Shown: positions 28,669 through 39,668, counted from the stretch's first letter. The stretch: 64,000 bases of DNA from a candidate division WOR-3 bacterium (GCA_039801725.1 JBDRVE010000005.1:3370-67369), one strand, 5' to 3'. Made by a program: numbers and translations. Notes: generated from the letters alone by a model not told the origin.

Positions 28669-29619
28669 ATGAAAAAGAATAAATTAAAAATTTTTACTGG
28701 TCGGGCTAATCCTCCGTTAGCTCAAAAGATTTGTGAGATCTTAAATTTACCCTTGGGAAAAGTAACCATTTATAATTTTGCTGATGGTGAAATCTATTTA
28801 AAAATTGAAGAAAGTGTGCGGGGTTGTGATGTCTTTTTGATTCAGCCGACAAATCCACCAGCAGAAAATTTATTAGAATGTTTTCTATTTTTGGATGCTT
28901 TAAAAAGGGCTTCTGCCGGCAGGATAACAGCAGTAATCCCTTATTTTGGTTATGCCCGACAGGATAGGAAGGATGAGCCAAGGGTATCAATTTCGGCAAA
29001 ATTGGTTGCTGATTTATTACAGAAAAGCGGTGCTGATAGAATTTTAACAGTGGAATTACATGCTGAGCAGATTCAGGGTTTCTTTGATATTCCAGTTGAC
29101 CATATCTATTCCGCACCAATTTTTATTGAATATTTTAAGAAGGAAAAAGAAGAGTTATTAAAAAAAGCAGTAGTGGTTTCTCCGGATATTGGCGGTGCCC
29201 GCAGAGCCACAGGTTTTGCAAAAAGGCTGGGCGATTTACCCTTAGCAATTATTGATAAAAGAAGAGTGGGCCCAAATCAAGCCGAAGTTTATAATTTAAT
29301 TGGCGATGTGAAAGATAAGATTTGTATTATTTTTGACGATTTAATTGATACCGCAGGAACCATTGTGAAAGCTGGAGAACTTTTGAAAAAGCAGGGTGCT
29401 AAAGAGGTTTATGTTTGTGCCTGTCATCCTTTATTTTCCCAAAATTCTTGCGAAAAAATTCTTAATAGTGAAATTAAGCAAGTTTTTGTAAGTGATACGA
29501 TTTTTTTAGCGCCCGAAAAAATTAACAGTAAAATTGTCCAATTAACTATCGCCAAACTTTTGGCAGAGGCAATAAAAAGAATTCATTTAAATGAATCAGT
29601 TAGTTCATTATTTATCTAA
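28669..29619 (+). CDS. prs: ribose-phosphate pyrophosphokinase
   Basis: Motifs YFGYARQDRK and DDLIDTAGT; start moved to the ATG at 28669 (MKKNKLKIFTG), because the track start at 28618 lies inside the tRNA. Confidence 0.9.
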   Translation: MKKNKLKIFTGRANPPLAQKICEILNLPLGKVTIYNFADGEIYLKIEESVRGCDVFLIQPTNPPAENLLECFLFLDALKRASAGRITAVIPYFGYARQDRKDEPRVSISAKLVADLLQKSGADRILTVELHAEQIQGFFDIPVDHIYSAPIFIEYFKKEKEELLKKAVVVSPDIGGARRATGFAKRLGDLPLAIIDKRRVGPNQAEVYNLIGDVKDKICIIFDDLIDTAGTIVKAGELLKKQGAKEVYVCACHPLFSQNSCEKILNSEIKQVFVSDTIFLAPEKINSKIVQLTIAKLLAEAIKRIHLNESVSSLFI

Positions 29620-29630
29620 AGGAGGAAAAA

Positions 29631-30281
29631 ATGGAATTAAAAATAGTCGCCCATCTTCGAGAGAAAGCCGGAAAAGGAACTTGCCGAAAATTAAGAAGAG
29701 AAGGAAAAATTCCGGCGATTCTTTATGGTAAAAATGAAAAAAATATCAATCTCTGGGTGGAAGAGAGAGAGTTTACAAAAATTTTGCATCAGATTGCCAA
29801 AAGAAGTCCAATTCTGAATTTACGGATTGAGGAAAATAATGAAGAATTTCCAGTCGTTTTGAAGGCTTTACAGAAAAATCCAATTACTCAAAAATTTATT
29901 CACATTGATTTTCAGAAAATCCATCCGGAAGAAAAAGTCACGGTTAATTGTCCAGTGATTCTAAAAGGTACCGCCATTGGAGTAAAAATGGGAGGAATTT
30001 TGGATCAACACCTCTATTCCATTCCGGTAAAAGGGAAAATAGCGGATATTCCACCTTATATTGAGATTGATATTAGTCACCTAAGAATGGGTTATAGCAT
30101 CCATATTAATGAAATAAAGTGGGAAAAAGTAGAACCCACTCTGCCTCCAGAAACGCCGATTGTTTCAGTTTTGACACCGAAGAAGATTGAAGAAGTAGCA
30201 CCAACTGTTGAAGAAACAAAAGAACCAGAGGTAATAAAAGAGAAGAAAGAAGAAGAGAAAGAAGAAAAAGAAGAAAAATAA
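29631..30281 (+). CDS. rplY: 50S ribosomal protein L25 / general stress protein Ctc
   Basis: N-terminus MELKIVAHLREKAGKGTCRKLRREGKIPAILYG; long acidic/lysine-rich C-terminal tail typical of Ctc-type L25; GGAGG RBS. Confidence 0.85.
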   Translation: MELKIVAHLREKAGKGTCRKLRREGKIPAILYGKNEKNINLWVEEREFTKILHQIAKRSPILNLRIEENNEEFPVVLKALQKNPITQKFIHIDFQKIHPEEKVTVNCPVILKGTAIGVKMGGILDQHLYSIPVKGKIADIPPYIEIDISHLRMGYSIHINEIKWEKVEPTLPPETPIVSVLTPKKIEEVAPTVEETKEPEVIKEKKEEEKEEKEEK

Positions 30282-30290
30282 TTTTCTTTT

Positions 30291-30878
30291 GTGAATGAAA
30301 AAGAAAGTCCCTATATTATCTGTGGTTTAGGCAATCCTGGTAAAGAATACCAATTTACCCGCCACAATTTAGGTTTTTTAGTTTTAGATAGTTTAGTAAA
30401 AGATTTTAATGAGAAATTTAAAAATTACCAGTTTTATGAAAGTGCGATAATTTCTTTTGAAAATAAAAAGATTTACTTAGTAAAACCCTTAACCTATATG
30501 AATTATTCGGGTGTTGGTGTGAAGGAGTTCTTAAAAAATCTTTCTTACGATTTGAATAAGTTTCTTTGCATTTTAGATGATCTCAATCTGCCTTTTGGCA
30601 AAATTAGAATTAGAGAAAAGGGTAGTGATGGTGGTCATCGGGGGTTGGCAAGTATTATCTATTATTTGGAAACAAATGAATTTCCCCGATTAAGAATTGG
30701 CATTGGTAAGCCAATCGGAATGACCGCTACTGATTATGTTCTTTCGGAGTTTAATAATGAAGAGAAAGAAAAATTGCCCGAAATTATTGAAATTGCTAAA
30801 AAAGCAATTATTGTTTTTATTAGAGAAGGAATAAAATCGGCAATGAATAAATTTAATAAAAAGATTGACTTTTGCTAA
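30291..30878 (+). CDS. pth: peptidyl-tRNA hydrolase
   Basis: GLGNPGKEYQFTRHNLGF and DDLNLPFGKIRIREKGSDGGHRGL. Confidence 0.9.
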   Translation: MNEKESPYIICGLGNPGKEYQFTRHNLGFLVLDSLVKDFNEKFKNYQFYESAIISFENKKIYLVKPLTYMNYSGVGVKEFLKNLSYDLNKFLCILDDLNLPFGKIRIREKGSDGGHRGLASIIYYLETNEFPRLRIGIGKPIGMTATDYVLSEFNNEEKEKLPEIIEIAKKAIIVFIREGIKSAMNKFNKKIDFC

Positions 30879-30899
30879 TTTTCTCTTTATTATTAAGTT

Positions 30900-31943
30900 G
30901 TGAAAGTTGGTATTGTTGGCATTCCCAATGTTGGTAAAACTTCCCTTTTTAATTTATTAACAAAATGTCAGGCAAAGGTTGATTTATATCCCTTTACGAC
31001 GATTGAGAAAAATATTGGTATTGTTTGTGTTCCTGATGAAAGATTAGAAAAGATTTGTGAGATAACAAAGCCAAAGATAAAAACCTATGCAACAATTGAA
31101 TTTGTTGATATCGCTGGATTAGTCAAGGGAGCGTCAGAAGGAGAGGGTTTGGGAAATAAATTCCTTTCCCATATTCGTGAAGCCGATTTAATTTTACACT
31201 TACTAAGGGATTTCAATAATCAAATTCCTCATATTTATAGTTCTCCTAATCCAGAAAGGGATTTAGATATTTGTGAAATGGAATTGGCATTAGCCGATTT
31301 AAATATAATTGAGAATAATCTCCAAAAGATTGCCAAGATACCAACCCTCAAAGAAGAAAGAGATATAATGATAAAAATAAGAGAACATTTAATAAGAGGT
31401 GAAATTGATATAAATTTAAATGAAGAAGAAAAAAATTTGTTAAAGAAATATAATTTATTTATCTTAAAACCAAGAATATATGCGGTCAATGCTGATAAAA
31501 ATAATGGCTTTGATATTGAAAAATATCCGAAACTAAAAGAAAAGAAACCCTATATTTTTTCTACTGCCTTAGAAGAAGAGATAATTAATTTAAGTGAAGA
31601 AGAGAAAAAGGAATATCGGAAGATATTAAATCTAAATGAAGAAGGGATAATGGGATTAGTTAGCGAATGTTTTCGTACCCTTTCTTTAATAAGATTTTAC
31701 ACAATAAAGGGTGAAGAGACAAGGGCTTGGTCAATAAAAAAGGGTTCAAAGGTAATTGAGGCAGCAGAAAAAATCCATACTGATATCGCAAAAGGTTTTA
31801 TTAAAGCCGAAGTGATAAATTACAAAGATTTAATTGAAATTGGTGATTATCAAAAGGCAAAAGAAAAAGGGCTGGTAAGAATAGAAGGTAGAGATTATAT
31901 TGTAGAAGATGGCGATATAATTTTGATAAGGTTTAAGGTATAA
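30900..31943 (+). CDS. ychF: ribosome-binding ATPase YchF (Obg-family GTPase with a TGS domain)
   Basis: G1 GIVGIPNVGKTSLFN, G3 DIAGLVKGAS, C-terminal TGS domain; GTG start. Confidence 0.9.
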   Translation: MKVGIVGIPNVGKTSLFNLLTKCQAKVDLYPFTTIEKNIGIVCVPDERLEKICEITKPKIKTYATIEFVDIAGLVKGASEGEGLGNKFLSHIREADLILHLLRDFNNQIPHIYSSPNPERDLDICEMELALADLNIIENNLQKIAKIPTLKEERDIMIKIREHLIRGEIDINLNEEEKNLLKKYNLFILKPRIYAVNADKNNGFDIEKYPKLKEKKPYIFSTALEEEIINLSEEEKKEYRKILNLNEEGIMGLVSECFRTLSLIRFYTIKGEETRAWSIKKGSKVIEAAEKIHTDIAKGFIKAEVINYKDLIEIGDYQKAKEKGLVRIEGRDYIVEDGDIILIRFKV

Positions 31944-32205
31944 GTATAATTCAAATATTTTTCTAAAATCCGTCCCCCCAATAGTCTGGGATATAGTATT
32001 AGGGTGGTTTTGATAGTTATTTATTATAGGCTTTACTATATAGTCTATTTTTGAATCTTAAATATAGGGCTGTTTAAAAAAATGAATTTGGTTAAAAAGG
32101 AATTATTAAAAGGGGAAAATAGGTTATTTTGGAAAGTAATAACTTAAAAATTAAGGAAAGTTTTGTTTTAAGTTTTTATATAAGTAACCGGTGAATACTT
32201 TCATC

Positions 32206-32240
32206 ATTGACCAGTAGATAAAAAGGGTTTATACTTATTA
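32206..32240 (+). promoter_or_regulatory. promoter TTGACC-N17-TATACT ending about 6 nt before the uvrB ATG (leaderless architecture)
   Basis: Read from the sequence; no RBS. Confidence 0.45.
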
Positions 32241-32241
32241 T

Positions 32242-34251
32242 ATGGAATTTAAACTGAAATCGCCTTTTACACCAAAAGGAGACCAGCCCAAGGCAATAAA
32301 GGAGTTATCTGAAGGGATAAAGAATGGCGAAAAATTTCTATGTCTTTTAGGTGTTACTGGTAGCGGTAAAACCTTTACTATTGCTAATGTTATTCAGGAA
32401 GTTCAAAAACCGACAATTATTATCTCACATAATAAAACCTTGGCTGCCCAATTGTATGGTGAATTTAAACAGTTCTTTCCCGAAAATGCGGTTGAATATT
32501 TTATCTCCTATTATGACTATTATCAACCAGAGGCTTATGTACCGGAATTAGATTTATATATTGAAAAAGATGCCTCAATAAATGAAGAGATAGAAAGATT
32601 AAGACTATCTACTACCTCTTCGCTAATTGAAAGAAGAGATGTGATCGTTGTGGCTTCGGTCTCTTGTATTTATAATTTAGGTGAACCATGGGAATTTAAA
32701 GAATCAATATTTCCAATAAATTTAAATAAGAAAATAAGTAGAGATGAGTTAATTGAGAAATTAGTCGATTTGCAATATTCCCGAAATGATATCGAGTTAA
32801 AAAGATGCTGTTTTCGAGTACGAGGGGATATTGTGGAAGTTCATCCTTCCCATAAAGATTTTGGAATAAGATTTGAATTTTATTATAATACTTTGGATAA
32901 AATTACCATTTTCGATTTATTAACAAATGAGAAGATAGAAGAGAAGGAGATGGTTGTTATCTATCCGGCAAAATATTTTACCACAAATAAAAGCCGTATT
33001 GAAAGGGCAGTTGAGTCAATTGAGGAAGAACTGAAAGAAAGGGTTGCCGAATTAAAGGCGATGGGCAAATTGTTAGAGGCACAAAGATTGGAACAAAGAA
33101 CCCGTTTTGATATTGAGATGCTTTTGGAGTTTGGTTATTGTCCAGGAATTGAGAACTATTCAAGGCATCTTTTATTTAAAAAACCTGGTGAAAGACCCTA
33201 TTGCCTTTTAGATTATTTTCCGAAGGATTATTTAATGGTGATTGATGAGAGCCATATCACCATACCGCAGATTTATGGAATGTATCGGGGTGACCGCTCA
33301 AGAAAGGAGGTTTTGGTAGAATATGGCTTTCGGTTACCTTCTTGTTTAGATAACCGACCATTAAAATTTGATGAGTTTGAAAGTTTAATCAATCAAGTTA
33401 TTTTTACTTCCGCTACTCCTGGTGATTATGAATTAAAGAAAGTAAAAGCAAGGGTTGTTGAACAGATTGTTCGTCCTACCGGACTTGTTGACCCAAAGAT
33501 GATTATTAGACCAACCGAAAATCAGATAGATGATATGATAAATGAGATTAGAAAGAGGGTAAAGAGAAAAGAAAGGGTATTGGTGACAACCTTAACAAAA
33601 AGAATGGCAGAAGATTTGGCAGATTATTTGAAAGAACTTGGTTTTAAGGTTAATTATTTGCATTCAGAAATTGACCCAATAGAGAGAGTGGAGATTCTGC
33701 GGAATTTAAGATTGGGAAATTATGATGTTTTGGTTGGAATAAATCTTTTAAGGGAAGGATTAGATTTACCAGAAGTTTCTCTTGTCTGTATTTTAGATGC
33801 TGATAAGACAGGTTTTTTAAGGGATGCCCGTTCTTTGATTCAGATTGCCGGTCGGGCATCAAGAAATGTGCGGGGTGAAGTTATTTTATACGCCGATAAT
33901 ATTACCGAGGCAATAAAAGAGGCATTAAAAGAGGCAGAAAGAAGAAGAAGAATTCAATTGGAATATAATAAGAAACATGGTATAAAACCAGAAAGTATTA
34001 AAAAGACCGTTCAACAGGTTTTATTAACAACTGTTGTCGCCGATGCCAAGGAAGAAGAATATAAGATTGATGAGATAATGGATAGCGATGATAAATTAGA
34101 AATTATTGAGAAATTGACAATTGAGATGAAAAAGGCAGCCGAGAATTTAGAATTTGAAAGGGCTGCTTTTTTGAGAGATAAGATTAGGCAACTTAAAGAT
34201 GAATTAACAATTGAAACCTTAAAAAACCAAAGAAAAAGGAGAAGAAAATAA
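32242..34251 (+). CDS. uvrB: excinuclease ABC subunit B
   Basis: Walker A GVTGSGKT, helicase motifs, beta-hairpin region, C-terminal UVR domain EFERAAFLRDKIRQLK. Confidence 0.95.
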   Translation: MEFKLKSPFTPKGDQPKAIKELSEGIKNGEKFLCLLGVTGSGKTFTIANVIQEVQKPTIIISHNKTLAAQLYGEFKQFFPENAVEYFISYYDYYQPEAYVPELDLYIEKDASINEEIERLRLSTTSSLIERRDVIVVASVSCIYNLGEPWEFKESIFPINLNKKISRDELIEKLVDLQYSRNDIELKRCCFRVRGDIVEVHPSHKDFGIRFEFYYNTLDKITIFDLLTNEKIEEKEMVVIYPAKYFTTNKSRIERAVESIEEELKERVAELKAMGKLLEAQRLEQRTRFDIEMLLEFGYCPGIENYSRHLLFKKPGERPYCLLDYFPKDYLMVIDESHITIPQIYGMYRGDRSRKEVLVEYGFRLPSCLDNRPLKFDEFESLINQVIFTSATPGDYELKKVKARVVEQIVRPTGLVDPKMIIRPTENQIDDMINEIRKRVKRKERVLVTTLTKRMAEDLADYLKELGFKVNYLHSEIDPIERVEILRNLRLGNYDVLVGINLLREGLDLPEVSLVCILDADKTGFLRDARSLIQIAGRASRNVRGEVILYADNITEAIKEALKEAERRRRIQLEYNKKHGIKPESIKKTVQQVLLTTVVADAKEEEYKIDEIMDSDDKLEIIEKLTIEMKKAAENLEFERAAFLRDKIRQLKDELTIETLKNQRKRRRK

Positions 34252-34255
34252 TTAA

Positions 34256-37200
34256 ATGCTTTTAAAAGAAATTAATAAATTGAGAAGAAAAATTTTTCTT
34301 TCCCATTTTTTTATTCTATTATTCTCTTTCCTTTCCCTAATTATTTTTCTTTTCCTTACTTTAATAACCAATTTTTTAATCTTTGAAGGTATTTATTTAA
34401 TTATCTTTTTCTTTTTTTTTATTTTATTTATTTTTTCTTTCTATCTTTTTATCAAAAGAAAGAATTATTTCCCCTTTTTTAAGGATTATTCCCTAATCAA
34501 AATTGCCCAAATCCTTGATGAAAATTTTGATGCTTTAAATAAAGAATTGACACCGGCGGTTTCCTTTCTAAGGAATTATAAAAAATATCAAGAAAGCAAA
34601 GAAAGATATTCCCTTTCTTTAATTAATTGGGCAATAAAAGAGGGAGAAAAAAGGTTTCAGGAGAATTATTCTTTTATCAAGAAAAATTTATTTAAAAAAT
34701 TGGGGATTGATAAGAGATTAAAAGAGAATTTTATTATCTTTTCTATTTCTTTAATCATCTTTTTTTTATATTTCATAATTTTTCCCGTTCCTTTTAAGAT
34801 AGGTTTTTATTCTGTTTTTAACAAAAATAAATTGCCCATCCAATTTGAGATTGAGCCAAAAAATCTTTTTGTCAAAAAGGGTGAAGCAGTAGAGATAAAA
34901 TTGAAATTGATTTCGCCTTTTAAATTTAAAAAGGTTAATTTTGTCTATGGTGGGGACTTTAAGAGAAAAACAGCATTAAAATTAGTGAAGGATTCAGCGA
35001 AGGTGATAATTGTTCCCAAAGAAGAATTAACTTATTATTTCGAAATTCTAAATCTGAAATCACCAGTTTATCAAATCAGTTTTTCCCCAACGAGGGAATT
35101 AACATTATTATCCTTAAAAGTTATTCCTCCTTCTTATACGCAACTTTCACCAACTGAATATTCTTTTCCAAAAGAGATTTCGGCAATACTTGGTTCGAAT
35201 GTAATTTTAAAAGCGAAACCCTATTTTAATCAAGTATTAACGGAAAAGAGAATAATTAGTGAAAACCAAGATTCTTGTTTTTTCTCGCTGTTAGAGGAGG
35301 CGGAGAGGACTTTAATGGTTATTTTTAATAGCGAAACAACAAGTATTGGGATAAACTATTTAGCCGATGAATATCCTTATATTACCTTTCTTTTCCCTAA
35401 TAAAGATATTGACCTTCCCGAAAATATGAAGGTTCCTTTAAGAATTTATCTTTTAGACGATTTTCAAGTTAAAGAGGCAAGGATTTACGGAATAAAAGAT
35501 AGTGACACTTTTTTGGTTAAAAAATTTAGCATTGATAAAAAAAGTGATTCGGTTGATTTTTGGTGGGATTTAACGGATCTAAACCTCCTGCCGGGGAAAG
35601 AGGTTCTTTATTATGCTGTTTGTTATGATAACGATATTATTAAAGGTCCAAAATCTTCAAAAACCAATATTTATAAAATAAAATTTCCAACAATCGAAGA
35701 GATATTTACCAAGACAACCGAAAGGATAGAAGAAGTATATTCTGAAGTAGGTAAAGAAAAAAGTGATTTGACAGAGATGTTAAAAGAGGTGGAGAAATTG
35801 GAAAAATCCTTTAAGGAAAAAAGAGAAATCTCTTATGAAGAAAAGAGAACCTTGGGTAATATTTTAGATAAAAATAAAGAATTAATAAGTAAATTTTCGG
35901 AATTTAGAAAAGAGGTTGAAGAGTTATTAAAAGAATTGAAAGAATATCCGTTGTTTGATCAGGCCACTTTGAGTAAACTTATGGAACTGTTTCGGATACT
36001 TGATGAAATGATCCCTAAGGAATTGAAGGAGAGATTATTAAAACTGAGAGAGGAATTAGAAAAATCAAAGAATTGGCGTGAGTATCTTTCCCAATTAAAA
36101 ATAAGTAGTGAAGAGTTAAAAAAAATAATGGAGCGAGCAGAGAATCTTTTGAAGAATTTATTAAACTCGGCTAAATTAAAAGAATGGGAAAAGAAGTTCA
36201 ATGAATTGGCAAGATTACAAGAAGAGATTGAAAAGGATATAAATAAACTGCCTATTGAGGAACAAAAAGATTTAGAAAAGGCAATAGAAAATTTAGAAAA
36301 AGAGATAAAAGAATACCAATTTGAAGATAAGGATTATCAAGAATTTCAAAAAAAGTTAAAAGAACTTATAGAAAAATTGGATTTAAAAGAAAGGGCAAGG
36401 CAGATTGCTCAGGAAATGGAAAGAAAAAACCTGTTTTCAGCAAAAAGGATGTCCTCGGCTTTAAGGAAGGATTTAAAAAATTTGGCAGACCGTTTAAAGG
36501 ATTTTCAGAAGAGTATAAGTGAGAAAAATAAAGAAAAGATTTTTAATAACCTTTTGAAAATTGGCTTGGCACTGAATGATTTAAGTAAAGAAAGTAAAAA
36601 TCTGATAAATTTTTATATAAAAGATGAAGATAGTGAGAAGGATTTTGGTAAGAAAATAAGTCTCCTTTATAATAGTATAAAATTACTTTCTGATTCTTTG
36701 CTTTCTTTAAGCAATCAATCTTTAATTATTTCGCCTAAGTTGGCTCAGGGGTTAATCAAAAGCATTTCGGATTTAGAAAGGATCAGCAGATTTATTGCCG
36801 AAAAGAATTTCAATTATGCCAAAAATATTTTAGGGAATGTGAAATTAAATATTGATAAAACTATTTTGAATATTATCTATCTTTTAAACCAGCGAACAAA
36901 GGGGGGCGGTGGAATAGAAGAGTTTTTAAATGCTCTGCAGCAAGCAAGTGAAATGCTTGGCGAAATGTTGTCGGAGATGGGCGGTTTTCCAATACCGATG
37001 CCGATGGGTGGAATGGATTTACAAAAGTTACAAGAGATGGCGAACAAATTAAGTTCCCTAAGAAAAATATTAGAAAATGCTTTAAAAAGTCTTTCTTCGG
37101 AACCAGGGTTAACCAGTAGTATGGAAGGAATTTTAGAAGAAATGAAAAAAATTGAAGAAGATTTAAGTAAATTAAATATTAGAAGGGAATTGATTGAAAG

Positions 37201-37447
37201 AACTGCTGGAATCTATCGGCGATTGTTAGATGTAGAAAGGAGCATAAGAAAAAAGGAAAAGGAAGAGGAGTACGAAGCGGAAGTAGGTAAAGAGTATGAG
37301 ATAAAAGAAAAAATTTTATTACCCCAAGATTATGGCGAACGAAAAAAATATCTCCAAGAAGAACTTTTAAAGATTTTAAAAGAAGATTTTCCCCAGGAAT
37401 ATTACCCCTTGATTAAAGAATATTTTTATAAATTGTTAGAAGAATGA
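34256..37447 (+). CDS. large (1063 aa) membrane-anchored coiled-coil protein of unknown function
   Basis: Two N-terminal TM helices, a beta-rich middle region, a very long charged coiled-coil with a GGGG linker; architecture reminiscent of DUF4175-type proteins (unverified); stop overlaps the next gene's start (ATGA). Confidence 0.55.
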   Translation: MLLKEINKLRRKIFLSHFFILLFSFLSLIIFLFLTLITNFLIFEGIYLIIFFFFFILFIFSFYLFIKRKNYFPFFKDYSLIKIAQILDENFDALNKELTPAVSFLRNYKKYQESKERYSLSLINWAIKEGEKRFQENYSFIKKNLFKKLGIDKRLKENFIIFSISLIIFFLYFIIFPVPFKIGFYSVFNKNKLPIQFEIEPKNLFVKKGEAVEIKLKLISPFKFKKVNFVYGGDFKRKTALKLVKDSAKVIIVPKEELTYYFEILNLKSPVYQISFSPTRELTLLSLKVIPPSYTQLSPTEYSFPKEISAILGSNVILKAKPYFNQVLTEKRIISENQDSCFFSLLEEAERTLMVIFNSETTSIGINYLADEYPYITFLFPNKDIDLPENMKVPLRIYLLDDFQVKEARIYGIKDSDTFLVKKFSIDKKSDSVDFWWDLTDLNLLPGKEVLYYAVCYDNDIIKGPKSSKTNIYKIKFPTIEEIFTKTTERIEEVYSEVGKEKSDLTEMLKEVEKLEKSFKEKREISYEEKRTLGNILDKNKELISKFSEFRKEVEELLKELKEYPLFDQATLSKLMELFRILDEMIPKELKERLLKLREELEKSKNWREYLSQLKISSEELKKIMERAENLLKNLLNSAKLKEWEKKFNELARLQEEIEKDINKLPIEEQKDLEKAIENLEKEIKEYQFEDKDYQEFQKKLKELIEKLDLKERARQIAQEMERKNLFSAKRMSSALRKDLKNLADRLKDFQKSISEKNKEKIFNNLLKIGLALNDLSKESKNLINFYIKDEDSEKDFGKKISLLYNSIKLLSDSLLSLSNQSLIISPKLAQGLIKSISDLERISRFIAEKNFNYAKNILGNVKLNIDKTILNIIYLLNQRTKGGGGIEEFLNALQQASEMLGEMLSEMGGFPIPMPMGGMDLQKLQEMANKLSSLRKILENALKSLSSEPGLTSSMEGILEEMKKIEEDLSKLNIRRELIERTAGIYRRLLDVERSIRKKEKEEEYEAEVGKEYEIKEKILLPQDYGERKKYLQEELLKILKEDFPQEYYPLIKEYFYKLLEE

Positions 37448-38370
37448 AAGGATTAATTTTATTGGTTTTTATTTTAAGTGATAATTGGCAGACAAGATTA
37501 TTAAAGGAGGGTTTTAAAGATTCCCTTTATTTAGAATATAAAGAAATGAGCTTCAGAGAAAAAAGATATAAGGAACTTAAAAATCTTTCATTAGAACTTT
37601 TAAAAAAATATCCTCGAGAAATTCTTCTTTTACTTACCTTAGGAGAGATTGAAATTATTAATAAAAATTTTAAAGCTGGTTATTCCTATTGGGAACAGGC
37701 TTTAGGAATATCAAAAGAAAGTGCCTTTTTCGTTCGGCAATTATTAGATAAATATAAAATAGAGTTAATAGATAAAAATTACCCCTTTTTGAGCCTTCTT
37801 TCTCTAATGAAGAAAAACGATCTAAAAAAAGCAAAAGAATTTTCCAATTTTTTACCGCAAGGCGAATTAAAAACTTATTATCAAATATTGTTAATCGGTT
37901 ATTTGGGTTTTAACGACTCAGTTCTTTTTAATATATTTAATTTTCTCAGCCTTTTTGAGAAGAGCCCCTTAAAGGAGGAAGTTCAAGAATTGGGTTTACT
38001 TTTGAGTAGTGGTAAAGATATAAAAAATTATTTTTATTCTTTAATTCTTTTAACAATGGGTGAAAAAGAAAAAGCGGTTAATATTTTAAAGAAAATTAAT
38101 GAGGACTATTCTCTTATTAAGTTGGCTGAGGTTTATCAAAAAGAAAACAAAATCCAATTGGCAATTAGTGCCTTGGAGAATGCTTTAAAAACGGATAATG
38201 ACTTTTTTCGTGCCAAAGCACAATATTACCTTGCTTCTCTTCTTTTAGAAAAAGAAGAGAGTCGAGCAATTTTCCTATTAGAAGATATTGTTTTTAATCA
38301 TCCTTTAACACCCTATACTTTCTATTCACGGGAATTACTTAATAAATTAAAAATAAAGGGCGTTAGGTAA
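37444..38370 (+). CDS. TPR-repeat protein (putative)
   Basis: N-terminal signal/anchor, repeated A/L/Y-x helical hairpins consistent with TPR; translationally coupled to the upstream giant protein. Confidence 0.45.
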   Translation: MKGLILLVFILSDNWQTRLLKEGFKDSLYLEYKEMSFREKRYKELKNLSLELLKKYPREILLLLTLGEIEIINKNFKAGYSYWEQALGISKESAFFVRQLLDKYKIELIDKNYPFLSLLSLMKKNDLKKAKEFSNFLPQGELKTYYQILLIGYLGFNDSVLFNIFNFLSLFEKSPLKEEVQELGLLLSSGKDIKNYFYSLILLTMGEKEKAVNILKKINEDYSLIKLAEVYQKENKIQLAISALENALKTDNDFFRAKAQYYLASLLLEKEESRAIFLLEDIVFNHPLTPYTFYSRELLNKLKIKGVR

Positions 38371-38991
38371 TTAATAGAAGACAACTTTGCTGTTTTCTTT
38401 TAAGGAATGAAAAAGAACCTTCATATCTTCTAAAGAAAAAATTATTGCGTTAAAATCAATCAAATCTTTTGGCAATTCTTCGGCAAAAGGACCACAAATT
38501 ACTAAGTTTTCTCCTAAAGAAAGAAGATAAGGTGAAAAACTGTTTTTAATTATTCTCTCTTCCTCTTTGGGTGGTCTCTTTCCTAAAAGTCCGTAGTAAT
38601 GCTCCGGTATTGTAAAATAGGTGGTTTCTTGCTTTGCAACAATTTGTAAAATTCCCATTGGTAAGGCAAAATCTCCCTGAAGGAAAAGATCAAAATTCAT
38701 TCTTCTTAGTGTTTTATCTTCAATTTTTAAATAGGCCAGTTTATTTTTTCTATCGATTTCCAGAAAAAATTCTTTTAGTTCTCCTAAACTCCTCTTTAAA
38801 TTTTGTAAACTAATTTCTTGCTCAGTTTCCTTTAATTCCTTCTCCAAACTATCCTTTAGAAAAATTAGCTCTTTTAATTCATTTTCTCGATTGTTAATTT
38901 CTAAAAACACAGTCTTTTTTATTACACTTTCGCTTAATCGCACAAAGGAGATAATAAAAATAAATAGTGAGATATCAAACAACCTTTTCAT
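38371..38991 (-). CDS. hypothetical protein (206 aa), co-operonic with the L,D-transpeptidase
   Basis: N-terminal TM/signal and coiled-coil; overlaps the upstream gene by 4 nt. Confidence 0.4.
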   Translation of the reverse strand: MKRLFDISLFIFIISFVRLSESVIKKTVFLEINNRENELKELIFLKDSLEKELKETEQEISLQNLKRSLGELKEFFLEIDRKNKLAYLKIEDKTLRRMNFDLFLQGDFALPMGILQIVAKQETTYFTIPEHYYGLLGKRPPKEEERIIKNSFSPYLLSLGENLVICGPFAEELPKDLIDFNAIIFSLEDMKVLFHSLKENSKVVFY

Positions 38992-39668
38992 TTTCCGTAA
39001 ATATAAACTTTGGCACCAATTTTTAATGAATCATAAAGCATCTTAATTCCTTCTTTTTCCACGCGAATACAACCATGGGAAACAGGGATTCCTAAGAGAT
39101 GCTCATGAGGTGTTCCGTGGATTAAAATTCCACCCCCTAAATCTAAGGCGTAATCCCCAAGGATTCCTCTCACTCTTCTTAAAGGCGAATCACTTGGTGG
39201 AATAGGTTTCTTTTCTTCAATAAATGCCCAATCTGGTTTATACCAAACAGGATTCTTAATCTTTCTCAAAACCTTTAAAACCCCTTTAGGGGTAACAAAT
39301 TGCCATTTTTTGCCGAAAGGGGCTACTAAAATTTTTCCTGAGCCACTTGAAATTTTAAATTCTCCAACAATTTTTTCTCCTTTTTTTAGATAAAGAACTT
39401 GAGAAAAGAGGTCAACCACACAATAATATTCGTCATTATTACTTTCCTTTTTGAAGGAAGTCAGTTCTTCTTTTTTCTGCCTTAAGAGTTTACGTTTTTT
39501 TTCAATAATTTTCTGGTAATTTCTTATTTCTTTTCTCAAATAATTTATTTTTTTAACATTATTAAAAACATCAAATCTTATCGTTTCATTAAAGGGATAA
39601 ACAACTTCACTTAAAAAGAAGAAAAGAAAACTTAAAAAGACAAAAAGGAACACCCAAATTATTTTCAT
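38988..39668 (-). CDS. L,D-transpeptidase (YkuD domain)
   Basis: Catalytic motif HGTPHEHLLGIPVSHGCIRVEKEG (His...Ser-His-Gly-Cys-Ile-Arg). Confidence 0.8.
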   Translation of the reverse strand: MKIIWVFLFVFLSFLFFFLSEVVYPFNETIRFDVFNNVKKINYLRKEIRNYQKIIEKKRKLLRQKKEELTSFKKESNNDEYYCVVDLFSQVLYLKKGEKIVGEFKISSGSGKILVAPFGKKWQFVTPKGVLKVLRKIKNPVWYKPDWAFIEEKKPIPPSDSPLRRVRGILGDYALDLGGGILIHGTPHEHLLGIPVSHGCIRVEKEGIKMLYDSLKIGAKVYIYGK

